DNA of 64,000 nt from positions 25,606,001 through 25,670,000 of the forward strand of contig NW_027266267.1 of assembly GCF_022045235.1 (NCBI RefSeq), written 5' to 3'. The notes under the pieces were generated by a model, which saw nothing but the letters and a program-made list of their open reading frames with translations, was not told where the DNA came from and made no database searches. Origin of the DNA: Haliotis cracherodii (lineage: Eukaryota). Shown one piece after another: positions 48,342 through 61,555 of this stretch (positions are counted from its first letter, which is position 1; each line of letters opens with the position of its first letter). The position numbers and the translations under genes are program-made.

Positions 48342-48853
48342 TACGAATCTGTTTCGCAGGTGAATGAGCCGTATCTGACCGTCTTCCAGTGGTGTTGTCA
48401 CTCGGGGTCGTCCAGTTCTAGGCCTGTCCTGTGTCCTCCCTGTCTGCCTGTACCGTTGAAGCAGCCTGGCTACTGTCAATGGTGTACAACCAAATCTTCT
48501 GACAATTTGGACCTGTGTTGCCCCCATTTCGGCCATACCGACGGCTCTCTCTCTCTCTGCTCCTGTGACAGTCGTGGCATTTCTTTTGTGTGCTTTCATC
48601 ACGTGTGATTATACCCTGCAGACGAACGCATTTATACAGCTAACATGCACGTGCAGTTTATGCCATAGGCGGGAAACCTGTTTCACAATTTTTTTGTCAC
48701 CACACGAGCGCCGTCAAAGGTGGCGTGTTCAGGTGAGGTGTTTTGGGGTACCTGTTCCTGGGCAGTCATATTCCCAATACCCACTTTCCACTAGTTATCG
48801 CTTTTTTTAGGAAAATTACAAATTGACAACCTATACTTTCTTTTGCCCCTTAG
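47343..48853 (-). mobile_element. Defective Tc1-family DNA transposon (~1.5 kb); transposase pseudogene 48602-47610
   Basis: HTH + GRPR, WRRVLFTDESR, GGGIMVWGGI, FQHDNVRPH; in-frame TAG at 47958-47960; SPDLNPIE motif absent; imperfect TIRs caaaagaaagtataggt / acctatactttcttttg. Confidence 0.88.
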
Positions 48854-49204
48854 ATTACTTGTAATACACTCTCCAATCGTATTTCTTGGTTGTTCGGTAT
48901 ATAGTCTCTGGTTGTTTGCACCCTTACAATATACCGCTTACATCTAATACTGAATTGTCACGTTACGCCTGGTCCTTCCGTTGTCTTACCCATCCATTAA
49001 ATCAGTCGATATGGCTTTCTATGTCTGTAACCATCTGTTATTTGCGAATATTCCCTTCCTCTTTTGAGAATACATGTACCAATTATGTTCAGAAAGATAT
49101 ATTCTAAACGCATCAGTTCCAAACATCACCGCCGACATATAGCTGGAATATGGCTGAGAACGGCGTTAAACAACAAACAAATAAATCCAAACATCATCCT
49201 TGTT

Positions 49205-49569
49205 CTAGTCGTAGAGCGTCCGTCGGGAGAGTGTTATACCAATAGACGTTCAAAGATGGTACTTGTTGTTACCCTGTCTGGCGTTCGGCTTCGATCACTG
49301 GACGCGTCATACCAAAAGACGTTAAAAGATGGTACTTGTTGTTACCCTGTCTGGCGCTTGACATTAAGGGGCTAAAACAAGGACTGGTCGGCTCGGAGTC
49401 AGTATACTGTGTATGAGTGGAGTATTCATGTTAAATTGCGGCATGGTATCTCAGTGAGCTAGCATTATAAATCGGCATAAGTCCGGGACACGCACGCACG
49501 CACGAGCATGAACGTCCCTTTGTAAGTGCGATATTCTTGAACCCGACGTTTAACCCCATTTCACCTCAC
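49205..49569 (+). mobile_element. SINE family D with an internal partial duplication
   Basis: gtcataccaaaagacgttaaaagatggtacttgttg core; cgacgtttaaccccatttcacctc tail. Confidence 0.8.
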
Positions 49570-50363
49570 GTCCAAACATCATACTAATATATACGTCAGT
49601 GCGTCGATACAATGTACCACCGGGGATTTGAATTTCATAAAAAAAACGAGGTGAAATGGTTTATATTTCAGAAAAACCTGAAACATTTTTCAACATTTTT
49701 AGGTTTCAAACATACTTTCCATTAACTTTTGGAAACGGACGTAAAATATCACTTTAAAGCGCTGTGGTTTACCAGGGCCCCTGTAACCTTGTTATAGGTC
49801 ACTCATAGACTAACATCTAGTCTCTGAAATGAACATATCGCACAGAAAAAAACCAGTTGTTCAGTTATCTTAATACAACTATAATAAAAGGGAGCCCAGT
49901 GACTCTCTTCATTTTCAGATACTGCAGTAATCTAGACTTGCCAAACATTATAGACTTGCATGGGCTGTTTTTTATATATATTTGTATCAGGGTCTGTAAG
50001 ACAGACTAGTTCACTCACTGTGCCCAAAAAACACGAAGGTCGCCAGTTCGATCTACAGACCTGTAAAGATTTTATTTTATATTATTCCGGTAATACAGGT
50101 CGTTGCAATAATCCAAGGACGGGTCCAGCATTTTTAAAAGTGAGGGGTCCAAAATATCAAAAACTCGCAATTTTACCGTCCACAACATACTACATTTGGT
50201 GGTCATTTTACAATTATTTTTCCATTTATTATATCATGATAACGAATTCCAAACACGTTTTGTATTTTATTTCACCAATCGGTGACAAAAAAATGATTAG
50301 AAAGAAAAAATAATGTTAGTCAATGTAAGACGTAAAAACGACACGAGAAATCGTCCCCCAAAC

Positions 50364-50522
50364 AAGTGAGTGAGTATGTTTTTCCGCCGCTTTGAGCAAT
50401 ATTCCAGCAATATCACGACGGGGGACACCAGAAATGGACTTCTCACATTGAACCCATGTGGGGAATCGACCCCAGGCCTTCGGCGTGACAAGAACACTTT
50501 AACCACTAGGCTACCCCACCGC
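50364..50522 (-). mobile_element. SINE family A
   Basis: Matches the consensus; TSD-like tcgtcccc(c)aa. Confidence 0.85.
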
Positions 50523-52272
50523 TCGTCCCCAACCGAAACAAACGCGTACGTTTACGGCGGGGAATCCCCTTTCTGGAGGTTAAAACGGGTTCCCGATGCT
50601 TTACACGCTGCGCAATTTCAACGATGATGGCGATCGGGCCGACGCCCAGTCTGCCTCGGACTGTTTAATATTTTACGTCGTTTCTCTGTCTGTTTATCCA
50701 TTTGATTACCGTGTCCAAAATCTATGTCACCTTGGTAACAACACTGAAGATGACCTCAGTTGTTTACGCAGGGGCTTAACCCCTGACATACATTTATTGC
50801 TTGCGCGGAGAAAGGCCGAGGGCGGCTGGCGTTTTAGTATCCACATGATGTCAGTAATAAGACGGTATAAAGGCTAAGGACAAGACAGACAAACGTGTCA
50901 AACGTATCGGCCAATGAAAACAGTTGTCACGCACCGCTGCACCGCTGGCTTGAGGTCACGCGTGCTCGACAGTACCTCAAAAGTTGTGCAATGAGGACAC
51001 CAAAGGATGAAAAGATGATGAAAGGAAAGTTGGTGGTTAAAGTAACGGCTTGTCGTGCAGAACGCCTGACGTGGATTCCCAGTCGTTGTGTACCCCGAGA
51101 TGTTGATAACTATAGATACCAACGAGGTGTTATGTAAGACACGATGATAAAGGCGGCATGTTGTGTGTAGAAACTGCCAAGCTGCACACAATAAATGTCA
51201 AGGGGGTGGGGGGTTAAAAGAGTTGGGGTGGTGGGGGTGGGGATGGGAGGGGGTGGGGGGGGGGGGGGGGGGGGGGGGGGGGGTCGATGAGTTTGGTCTT
51301 GGGACTGTATCATATTTTCTGCTGTCCACCTATAAGGGAGGATATTACCCCCCGCCCCCCGAAAAACATGTAACATTTTCATGAAACTCCTCCCTAATTA
51401 ATGTTCAAAACATTCTCTTGTGGAATACATCACCTGTTGGTTGCCCAGAGTCCACGATAAGGAGGTATCCTTTGTTTGGGCGTAACTATTCTGCTGAAAA
51501 TTACGTTACAATGTTAATGCCCGGTAAATTAAAAACCGCCCTAGCAAGATTTAAATGCTGTGTAGCCCACATTTGTTCAGAAACCTAGCGGTACGAGATT
51601 CTGTTGATCAGCGAACGTGCCCACAGTGGGAAACCTCGCCCCTGTCCGTAATAGTGGAAATGGCCGGTCGTCATTCGTCACCACTCGGCCCTTTCCGTAA
51701 CCTGCAAGAAGACTCGGCCCCCCCTATCGATGAATGTTATGTGCGAAAATACCACAAACCAATCAGAATGCGCGTATGATTTCGGGTTCTTTGTCAAATA
51801 ATCCCTCAGAAATAATTTGATTTTACATATGTCTTGCACCTAAAAATATACCCAAGACACAGTTAAATGTGTTCAATCATACTGTATAATTCTGCACGTC
51901 CCGTTGTGCTTTACATTGCATCTGAAATATTTATAATATAAGGGGAAATATATGTGAACCATTACGCAACGAGTTGACAATGGTTTTAGGTATGCCCGTT
52001 TGCGCTAAGACGGAACCCAGTCGCAAAAATTGGCCATGAGAGGGGCACGAGTCGCTATTCGGCTTGTCCCGGAAGAACACGAGTTGGTAACGAATGCCCC
52101 AGTGTTGCCGAGGATGCAATCGGCAAATCTCGCCCCTGTCCGTAATAGTGGAAATGGCCGGTCGTATTCAAAGTGGTGGATGTTTTAGTGTTGTCCAATT
52201 TATAACGATTTACATTTTAACCTTTTTAACAAACATCTTACATAAAGCATATCATTTTATAGTTTATCAATT

Positions 52273-52372
52273 TGAGTGAGTGGGTATGGTTTTACGCCGC
52301 TTTCGGCAAAGTTCCAGCCATATGACGGCGAGGGACACTCGAAATGGGCTTCACACACGGGGTGCATCATGG
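52273..52372 (-). mobile_element. SINE family A, 3' fragment
   Basis: Tail and body match. Confidence 0.65.
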
Positions 52373-54044
52373 GAACTGTTAATGTTTGTTTCTTGACAGT
52401 GTTTACCGGGCCTTCACACAACTCTCGATAACAACGAGATGTTATGTAAGAAACGGTAATGAAGATTATAAAGCCGACATTGTGTATAGACGCTGTCAAG
52501 CTACACACAAAAAACCCCACTTAGGGACCGGTAATTAGTGAGACTGGACTTAGGACTGATCACATTTTTCTGACAACCCATTTCGGTTTCAAGTCCAACT
52601 TTTACTTCCAACATCCAGGTTTCCCATATTTGTTTCCCCCATAATTTTCCTCTTGGAAACTGTTATGATTGTAGTAGAAAAGTAGAAGTAAAAAGAAAGG
52701 TTTGCCATGACACGAGCGTCAGACCCTATGGCGCATGCCTTGCAGTTGGACCCGTTCCAGTCGGCGCCATTTTGTTTTTTCCGGCGACGTGCCACAGGTG
52801 ATGGGCGTTTTTATGTTCGACGGTATTTACAGCTGGGAGCGACTGACACGTCAGGGCTGCATCACATACATAACGATGCAAAAACACATATTTGTGTATA
52901 CAAACATCCACATGTATCTCTCAAAAACAAATTATTCTTCAAGGTTACAGGTGTGAAAAGATCAGACGGGACCCCGTTTTAGAATTACTCCAAAGCGGCG
53001 ACTCAATGATCCAGATGGTCGTGTCGTGTTAACTGCCTTCATATACAAAATTGCTGAGTGAGGCGTTGCACAACAAACAACACGATCAGTTTCAAATTTT
53101 AGAAAAACGCTTCCACTAACTTTGCCTAACTTCTTCCTGGACACAGAGCTGACATATGGCTGTCTGGGTAGAAAATAACACAACAAAAAACATATAGGTC
53201 ACTCACGTCCACCTTGTGTAGTTTGTAACCTCGAGCCGGAGCATGCAGCACGACAACGATCGCTTGGCTAAGGACAATGCATACCGCCAGGCCAGCACGG
53301 TTACTGATAATAATGACACATTTGGAGTCCCTGAAGTCACAGACCAGCGGGCTCGTCAACTGGTTGTTTCAAATTGCATAATCGGCAGTGAATTGAGCTG
53401 CGCCGCTCTTTATTCATCAATAAAGCCTACTTAACCAGCGATAATCCATTCAAGGCATTCTAATGACAGCCGCCGTTAATCTGTACAACTGACGAGACGT
53501 CTCATCTTTGAAATGTATGTAATTCCTAGTTGTTTATACAAGAGGCCACATCTGGGACCCCAAATAGACCAAAGTTTAAAAAGACACGGAAAAACATTAA
53601 GTTTGATTTATTTTAAATAAATGTCACTACAGATGTACAAAATCTTAGGATACATAACATTGGACATTCTGTCAAATAAAATGGAAAACAATTCTTTGAG
53701 GAATATGAGAACTTGTTTTATTATCCATGTTTTATTGTCCATGCATATGTATCATGTCATCTCAACGATTAATTTGCTCTGAGTTGGAATAAATCCCATC
53801 TCTCTCACAGTCAGAATAACGCCTTATGAAGTGGTAACGGCGTATTAAAAAACTGTTAACTTCACTTGTGGAATTAAATGAAAATGAGAAGGGAAATTAA
53901 ACTTTATTTCAGACTTGAACGAACTAGTTTCTCGTCTACAGTTGGGGCATGGCGCAGTTTGAGATTTTTTAGCATTTATATTTCCACATTTAGTGGAAAC
54001 CGACGCTGTTAACAAACACTGCTTATGTAAAGATATAAGGAGGA

Positions 54045-54214
54045 GTGAGTGAGTGAGTAAGTATGGTTTTACGCCGCTTTTAGCAATATTCCAGCAATAT
54101 CACGGCGGGGGACACCAGAAATGGGCTTCACACATTGTACCCATGTCGGGAATGGAACCCAGGTCTTCGGCGTGTCGAGCGAACGCTTTAACCACTAGGC
54201 TACCCGACCGTCCC
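54045..54214 (-). mobile_element. SINE family A
   Basis: TSD tataaggagga. Confidence 0.9.
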
Positions 54215-54315
54215 TATAAGGAGGACAATACAAAACTATACACATAACCGTAATTAAGCAGAGGCATGTATCCACATTGTACAACAAGTAAACTGTATTG
54301 TCTTAAACAAGGCAA

Positions 54316-54482
54316 GGGGGCGGTGGGGTAGGCCAGTGGTTAAAGCGTTCGCTCCTCATGCCGAAAGTTCGAGTTCGATTCCCGACAAGTGTACAATGTG
54401 TGAAGCCCATTGATGGTGTCCCCCGTCGTGGTATTGCTAGAAAGCTGCTAAAACCGGCGGCGTAAAACCATATTCACCCACT
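54316..54482 (+). mobile_element. SINE family A (the only + strand copy seen)
   Basis: ggggcggtggggtaggccagtggttaaagcg...gagttcgattcccg...ggcgtaaaacc. Confidence 0.85.
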
Positions 54483-55687
54483 TTACTGAGGTAATTTTCA
54501 GCTCAAGGAGGTTGGGATTGATAAATAATTGATAAATCTGATTAAATTTTTTTTGGAAATATATATTTCGATCAGCGAATCTGTCAGATTCTAAACTGAA
54601 AGAATGGGTTGATTTTAAAATGTCTAGTTTAATTTTTCATTTTGACGCGTTAATACAGGCAGCCAAAGACTTTGAACAGTAATACCGTTTCTCAAAACAA
54701 CATTTGGTTATATTCGATAAACACTTTCTAAGATTGTCAGCAATTATTTACTTTTACGTGCAGATAACTGAACAAGTTAAAATACGCCTTGGCGACGAGT
54801 TACATCCGTTGATAATTATTTTCCCCTTTATACTACGGACAAACATGCCACTCAGAAAGAAATAGTTTATATGTGTCACACGTTACATAAGCTGTATATA
54901 TACAGACATTGGGCTTGTAATTTAGAAGTAAAGTCCACCTATAAGGTTTATGAGACACATTGGTGAAACACACGATGGTGCTGACAAACCTAGAAACATA
55001 ATCTGGGCGAACCGGGATGCACAGCGAATTGTTCCCTGAAGTAAAAGTTATTATGTGGACAGTGTAGAACTAATGTACTGTCACAGAAGGAAGATTTCAC
55101 TTGAACAACTCGTCAATCTTCGTCAATTTGTGACGTGCATTAGGGGATTAACGATATCCCCTCGGTCCTTAAACAGCTGTCACACCAGGGCTGCGTCCCC
55201 ACGGCGATCTCGCGGTGTCCATGAAAAGTGCAGAACGCCGAGGTGCGCCCAGTAGGGTCTCCTACAACGCCGCAGTAACGCGGTGGCATCTTCATTTGAA
55301 TCATTATTTTACCCAAGAGTTCAAACATATATCGGTTCATGAAAATCATAGGGTCATATCACGTCACGAGACAATAGTGTATTGTTTCCGTAATCCGGAC
55401 GGCATTGTTGACGCCATTCGAATCTCATTGGTTCCTGAGGTCGGAATGACGTCACACTAAAAACGACGTTATAGCTGAAGACAAATTGTGGTTCAGCTGC
55501 TATTGCGATTTGCTGCCCATATTGGTAAACACTAAAATTCGTCTCTGTATTTAGACATCTTCTTCTGCAATAGATAGAACATCATATTCGTGTTCATATC
55601 TTACTATGTTTACGACGCTCTCGCTCGGGAAATACCGGAATTTAGACGCTCGTGTCGTAAGCATAGTATGACATGTACAATCCTATA

Positions 55688-56192
55688 CAGAGCTCCAGAT
55701 AAACTGCGTATCTGCGTGAAATACGCATCAGAAATGCAGAAATACGCACTAAAATATAATCCAAGCGTATCAAATACGCAACGAGCATTACAGATACGCT
55801 ACAAAAATAAAACTTGTGCGTATCATCAAAATATTGTGAAGTAACCCTGCGTATTCGATTAGCAAATCAGCAACTTATTTTGAATTATAAACGGGCATTC
55901 CGTCAACCTTGCCAAACTCCACGATGACAGTTACATCATGATCATTTGCCATCACACTTTCTTGTGGAAGTATCGTGGTATTTTTGAGTCCTATAAAGCT
56001 CTCGAACCCACACGACACCAGTTTGCAGGGACAAGATGAATAGTGTTTTTAAATATTTAACTTAAATACCCACATCTGTAAAAACTAGTGGGTAACAGAA
56101 ATTTGAATACGCAGATTGATTTACTGATACCCAATGATTTTAAAATATATGGGTAAAATACCCACAACACCAAAAGCTTATCTGGAGCTCTG
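55688..56192. mobile_element. Non-autonomous TIR element (hAT-like termini) within another repeat
   Basis: 15-bp TIR cagagctccagataa / ttatctggagctctg; no clear TSD; flanking repeat duplicated at ~55390-55480 and ~56310-56420. Confidence 0.6.
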
Positions 56193-56926
56193 CCGGCCTA
56201 TAATATTCTCTATTTATTACCCATAGGGTTAGAACTGACCGAGTTCATAAAAATCGTATGCGCACTAGTGTAAATATCACTGCACGCGCACCAGTGTATT
56301 GTTTATGTCATCCGGACGGCATTGTTGACGTCATCCGGGCGGCATCATGGACGTCATTCGAATCATATTGTGACGTAAATACGGAATGACGTCACACTAT
56401 AAACTACGTCATAGCTGAAGATTGTTGTCTTCTAAGACGGCGGGCGTGATAAGTGCATTTTTCTAAAGGGGAGCTCAAAACGATTAAGAAATAATTGTAA
56501 TAAAGAAATCAATACACTCGCATGTGTGTCACTGATTTTACGAAACTCGTGTAAGCATTAATGTATTACTCTAGCTCTCGCTCGGGAAATACAAACATTC
56601 TGACACTCGTTTCGTAAAATCAGTATGACACACATGCTCCTATTATATTCTCTATCTAGATTTTTTCGATGACATATTTAAATATGAAAAAAAGTTCTTT
56701 AGGCTATTTTGGATGACAACGGCCCAGAAACTAACCCGATGTTAAACATGGGGAGAAAACATAAAGTACATTTTTATCAACTAAGTATAAGTAATTCATA
56801 CATGCTGAGTGGAATTCATTCATATATCATCTTGAATTTATTCTCTTGTCTTATGCCTTGGGCATTATTATGTCAAACGTCAGAGGCAACTGCATGCAAA
56901 TATCAAAAGGCTAGACGTCGTGGGAA

Positions 56927-57085
56927 TTGTGAGTGAGTTTGGTTTTACGCCGCTTTTTGCAATATTCCAGCAATATCACGGCGGGGGACACCAGAAATGG
57001 GCTTCACACATTGTACCCATGTCGGGAATCGAACCCGGGTCTTCGGCGAGCGAACGCTTTAACCACTTGGCTACCCGACCTCCCC
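56927..57085 (-). mobile_element. SINE family A
   Basis: TSD acgtcgtgggaa. Confidence 0.9.
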
Positions 57086-57545
57086 ACGTCGTGGGAAAGA
57101 GATTAAAGATACGTTGTTCCACTAGGACATAAGCACCGACGCTAGTCTGTTGTCTCCATGTTTGAAATGCGTAACCGTGGCTTTGAACTCATTGAAACAT
57201 TGAACATTCTCCATTTCACCAGATTTGGCAGTGCAAGATGCAACGTGTGTCGTTGATCATGTGATAAACTCAGTGAGTAATGTCTCTATTGTTATGTATA
57301 AATGGGAAAATTATTATTAATTTTGCAATGTCATTAATTATAAATTAAGGAATGAATGAATAAACAACATAACAATATAAATATTTCGTTTTTAATGATT
57401 TTATTACAAGGTACACAGGGTTATTATCTATCGTGAAGACGTCCGATTTTCGATCACAAATCACTTAATGTCGTTGATCCGACTCGTTAATGCGACACAA
57501 TCATGTGCAACCAACGATGTCGGATTAACGAGACTTGACTGTATC

Positions 57546-57732
57546 CACCTCTTCCAGAACCTGAAGAAGGAACTGTCAGGAAGCATTATGCAAATAACGA
57601 TGACGTCATTTCTGCCGTGGGGGACTTTTTACACCACCAGGAAGAAGCCTTCTAGAAACAAGTGGGATCCAGGTAATCCAGCATCCTTTGCAGAAGTGTG
57701 TGGACCTCGGAGGTGATTGTGTTGACAAATAA
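57546..57732 (+). mobile_element. Mariner transposase C-terminal fragment
   Basis: Frameshifted HLFQNLKKELSG/KHYANNDDVISAVGDF...QKCVDLGGDCVDK*, matching the mariner terminal KC...GDY.EK motif. Confidence 0.75.
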
Positions 57733-57940
57733 TTAGCAACCAATTCCATCGACGCTGTCCATCATTGTCACTGTTCAGCCACCAGGTGTTTGGTGTTCAC
57801 ATGTGATCAGTGTCTGAAATACAGGTTTTAAAAAACAGAATTTCGATTCAGAATTAAGAACTTGTGTCAAAAGGGGGTCATGTTAAACCTCATTATGCTC
57901 TATTTTACTTCTTCTCATCGGACGCATGGACTCAAGCTAG

Positions 57941-58018
57941 GAGGTGAGGTAAAATGGGACTGAACGTCGCGTCCAAGATTACTGCACTTATATAACGACG
58001 TGCATGCACGTGTGTGTG

Positions 58019-58050
<32 letters not shown>

Positions 58051-58303
58051 TGTGTGTGTACTTGTACTAGTCCGGTCTGATGCCGATTTATAGTGCTAGC
58101 CCACTGAGATAAAATGCCGCAGTTTAACATGAATACCCCACTCAGACACAGTATACTGACTCCGAGCCGATCGGTTCTTGTTTTAGCCCTTAATGCCGAG
58201 CGCCAGACAGGGTAACAACAAGTACAATCTTTTAACGTCTTTTGGTATGACGTGGCCAGGGATCGAACCCCGGACCTTCCGCTCTCCAGGCGGACGCTCT
58301 ACC
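57941..58303 (-). mobile_element. SINE family D with an internal (CA/CGCA)n expansion
   Basis: Reverse complement of the D consensus. Confidence 0.85.
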
Positions 58304-58914
58304 AAAAGAAAAGTATACACCCATTTTTGATGGTGGCTAAAATTAAAACAAACAAGAAATGTTTTTTCGACAGTGATGTATTTGATTCATGATAACGTTT
58401 TGACCTGAGGTTTGCAGTGTTTCGGCGATTGTTTTCAGCCTAATAACATTTTAATAACGATGTAATTTCTTAGAAGATCTAATTATTAAGTGTATTCTTT
58501 CCTTTGCCAGGCAATTTAGAAATGAAGTCAATGACACCCCTAAAACGATAAAATCTTCTCTGCATTTGGCTTCCAAATGCTTTATTTTTGACAATTACCA
58601 AAAAACTTTCCGCAGAATTCCACATTTATTTCACTTCCTATAAATAACATTAAAACTACTGTTTCTTTTCAACGAATGTTCACCTTATGCCTAACAGTAA
58701 TCTGTTATTGTCAGCGTTTTGCCTATTTCGCTGTCAGCGCGAGAGTAAATGGACTTTTCTCCATGGCGTTAAAAGCATTTACATGCAAGAAAATATGTCA
58801 TCTCGAGCAACCTGTGCAACGAAACACATATGTTTACATAAGGGGAAAAATCTGGTTATACTTATATAACAGGGCGTTTTAAAGTGATATACGATAGAAT
58901 TTGTCATTACGGTG

Positions 58915-59251
58915 ACGGTGATGTGAGGCGAAATTGGGTTTAACGTCGCGTCGAAGATTATTGCACTTATATAGCGACGTGCATGTCCGTGTGTGTGTGG
59001 CTGCTTGTACTAGTCCGGACTGATGCCGATTTATAGTGCTAGCCCACTGAGATACCATGCCGCAGTTTAACATGGATACCCCACTCAGACACAGTATACT
59101 GACTCCGAGCCGACCAGTCCTTGTTTTATCTCCTTAATGCCGAGCTCCAGACAGGGTAACAACAAGTACCATATTTTAACGTCTTTTGGTATGACGCTGC
59201 CGGGGATCGAACCCCAGACCTTCCGCTCTACCACTAGACCACGGAGGCGGT
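58915..59251 (-). mobile_element. SINE family D
   Basis: Reverse complement of the D consensus. Confidence 0.85.
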
Positions 59252-59597
59252 TCATTTGTCATCACACAAAATATAATCCAGTCATCTGGTTACTCACAGT
59301 CTTGTAAAACCCTTACAAGTAAAAGAAAGAACACACCCATGTTTGATGGTGGTGACTCAAATAGAACAAACTAAAAATGGATTTTCGATTGTGATGTACT
59401 TGAAAGGGTATTTTACCTTTAAGTTTAAACTCAATTCACCTCACGTCACCTACATATTTTCGGTGTTTCCGTGTCGTATTGTATAATAGGAACAAAAAAT
59501 GGTTTACGACGCTTGTGACAAACTAACTGAGGAAACAGGTCAAGGTAAAATGTTTTTCCGTCACACGACAGTGAATGCCTGGTTATAATCTCCAACT

Positions 59598-59722
59598 CTG
59601 GACACTTTCAAGACAAAACTAAAGACTTATCTCTTTAGATGTGTCTATGACCCTGTGTGAGGCGCTCTGAGCGACTACGTAGACGGAAATGGCGCTGAAG
59701 AAATGGACTTTATTATTATTAT
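59598..59722 (+). mobile_element. L2-group LINE 3' end fragment
   Basis: TLDTFKTKLKTYLF...* followed by gcgctctgagc...ggcgct and a (TAT)n tail. Confidence 0.7.
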
Positions 59723-60195
59723 AACATGTCAGATGATTGATTTACCAACGCACGTTGTATTTTCGAGTCATGCTTATGTTAGCAGAAAGACCAAACACCT
59801 TGAAATACCTTTCTAACATTTTAACGACCATCAGGACATGGTGTATTGAGCAAGAAGGCTTCGCATTTATGTATATAACCCCTGCGAGGTTTGAGCGTGA
59901 TTCGGAGCCAACAGGCTGACTCGGCGATCTGTATTAGGTTTAAAACGTCAACGCCAGAGAATAACCAGTCTCGATTATCTGCCGAAACAGATTCCACTGG
60001 GCGTAACAGGCAAACGGCGGTGAAAAATATATGAATGGATACCTGAAAATCAGTGACTGTAAGACACAAGACAGTGACTGGTATATGTCCTGGATCTTCT
60101 ATACGTTGTCCAAACAGTAGTAGTAAACATGCTCCCATACACACACATTGACGTACGCTTGCCTGCACTGTGTCATGAACCAATTTCCACATACA

Positions 60196-60465
60196 GGGGT
60201 GGCCCAATCGTCTAAGGCGCAGCATGCCACTGGTAGAGTTCCATCTCGAAGCCACGACAGAAATCTGTGAGCATGTTTTCGAATCATAGTTCGCTCTGAT
60301 GGTTCTAGGTTTGTCAGCCCGATACACGCCGTCGTGGGTTTCACCGAAGTGGTAAACGTATGAGACCTGCATTACTCCGGGCTTTCCTCCCATATTAAGC
60401 TGACACGTCGTGATATAACTTGAATACTGTTAAAAGCAGCGTTGAACCCAGCTGACACACTCATT
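60196..60465 (+). mobile_element. Divergent SINE family C copy
   Basis: tggcccaatcgtctaagg head; tactccgggctttcctccca body; tail present. Confidence 0.75.
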
Positions 60466-60681
60466 CTACCCACATGTATTGTGTCTGTGTATTTGAATAT
60501 ATCGATGCCCAGATCTCATTTACGTCTATGACAACGTCCAAGGTGCCGCATTTTGCTGTGCAGTGTTACGTCCCTCAGACATGCCAATCCTGTGATTATG
60601 GGTTCGGATCCTTAGTTAACCACGACAATGACTGTTTACTGGTAAACCTCTAAAACCGGCACCATTTCCTCTAACATTTAC

Positions 60682-61190
60682 CTGACATCGTGGTAAATTA
60701 TAACTGAAATACTGTTCAAAGAGGTGTGAAGCAAACTCACTCACTCACTGACACCCCGTGGTATAACTGAAATACTGTTTAAAGAAGTGTGAAGCAAAAC
60801 TCACTCACTGACACGCCGCGGTATAACTGAAATACTGTTTAAAGAGGTGTCAAGCAAAACTCACTCACTCACTGACACCCCGCGGTTTTACTGAAATACT
60901 TTCAAAGAAGTGTTAAACCAAACTCACTCACTCACTGACACGCCGTGATGTAATTGAAATATTGTTCAAAGAGATGTTAAACCAAACTTACATACTGACA
61001 CGCCGCGGTTTTACTGAAATACTGTTTAAAGAAGTGCCAAACAAAACTCACTTACCCACTGACACGCCGTGATGTAATTGAAATATTGTTCAAAGAGGCA
61101 TTAAACCAAACTTACTTACTGACACGCCGCGCTATAACTGAAATACTTTCAAAGAGGTGTTAAACCAAACCCACTCACTCACTAACACCC
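60682..61190 (+). repeat. Tandem array (8 units, 60-66 bp) of the SINE C 3' tail
   Basis: Units start ctgaca at 60682, 60748, 60808, 60872, 60935, 60995, 61059 and 61119; unit ctgacacgccg..ataactgaaatactgtt.aaagaggtgttaaacc.(actc)n. Confidence 0.9.
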
Positions 61191-61283
61191 ATGAGCCCAG
61201 GAATTCCAGCCTAGTTCGGCAAGGGTGGAAACTGGACTTTTAAAGTCAGTTAACTATCTTGCCTCGGGAAGATGACGTACCCC

Positions 61284-61555
61284 TTGAGGGGCATAGGGCC
61301 TTCACAACAGTTCTCCATCTGTTTCGGACTTGTGGTCTTCGCCTTGCTTCTCCCCATGACATGTGGATTGATCTGAGTTCTGATCCCAGGGTTCGTCGTC
61401 AGGTTGTTACGGTTCTTCCCCTCTTTCTCTTTCCTTGTGGGTTCCAGTCGAGTGCTTGTTTCGCGATGTTTCCTTGCGGCCTTCTTAGGATGTGACCTAT
61501 CCACCACCTTTTCTTGATGGTATCTATTATTGGAGCTTGGTTTGTTCTGTTCCGT
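61284..61555 (-). mobile_element. RTE-clade LINE 3' end fragment
   Basis: Minus strand WIGHILRRPQGNIAKQALDWNPQGKRKRGR...RNRWRTVVKALCP. Confidence 0.8.

Noticed and set aside
51200-51285. G-quadruplex or poly-Pro ORF at the poly-G tract
   Set aside because: Simple low-complexity run, length possibly a sequencing artefact; no supporting context
53488-53515. Hammerhead core candidates (ctgacga here; also ctgaaga ~50744 and ctgatga ~63875)
   Set aside because: No convincing stem II plus GAAA or flanking stems
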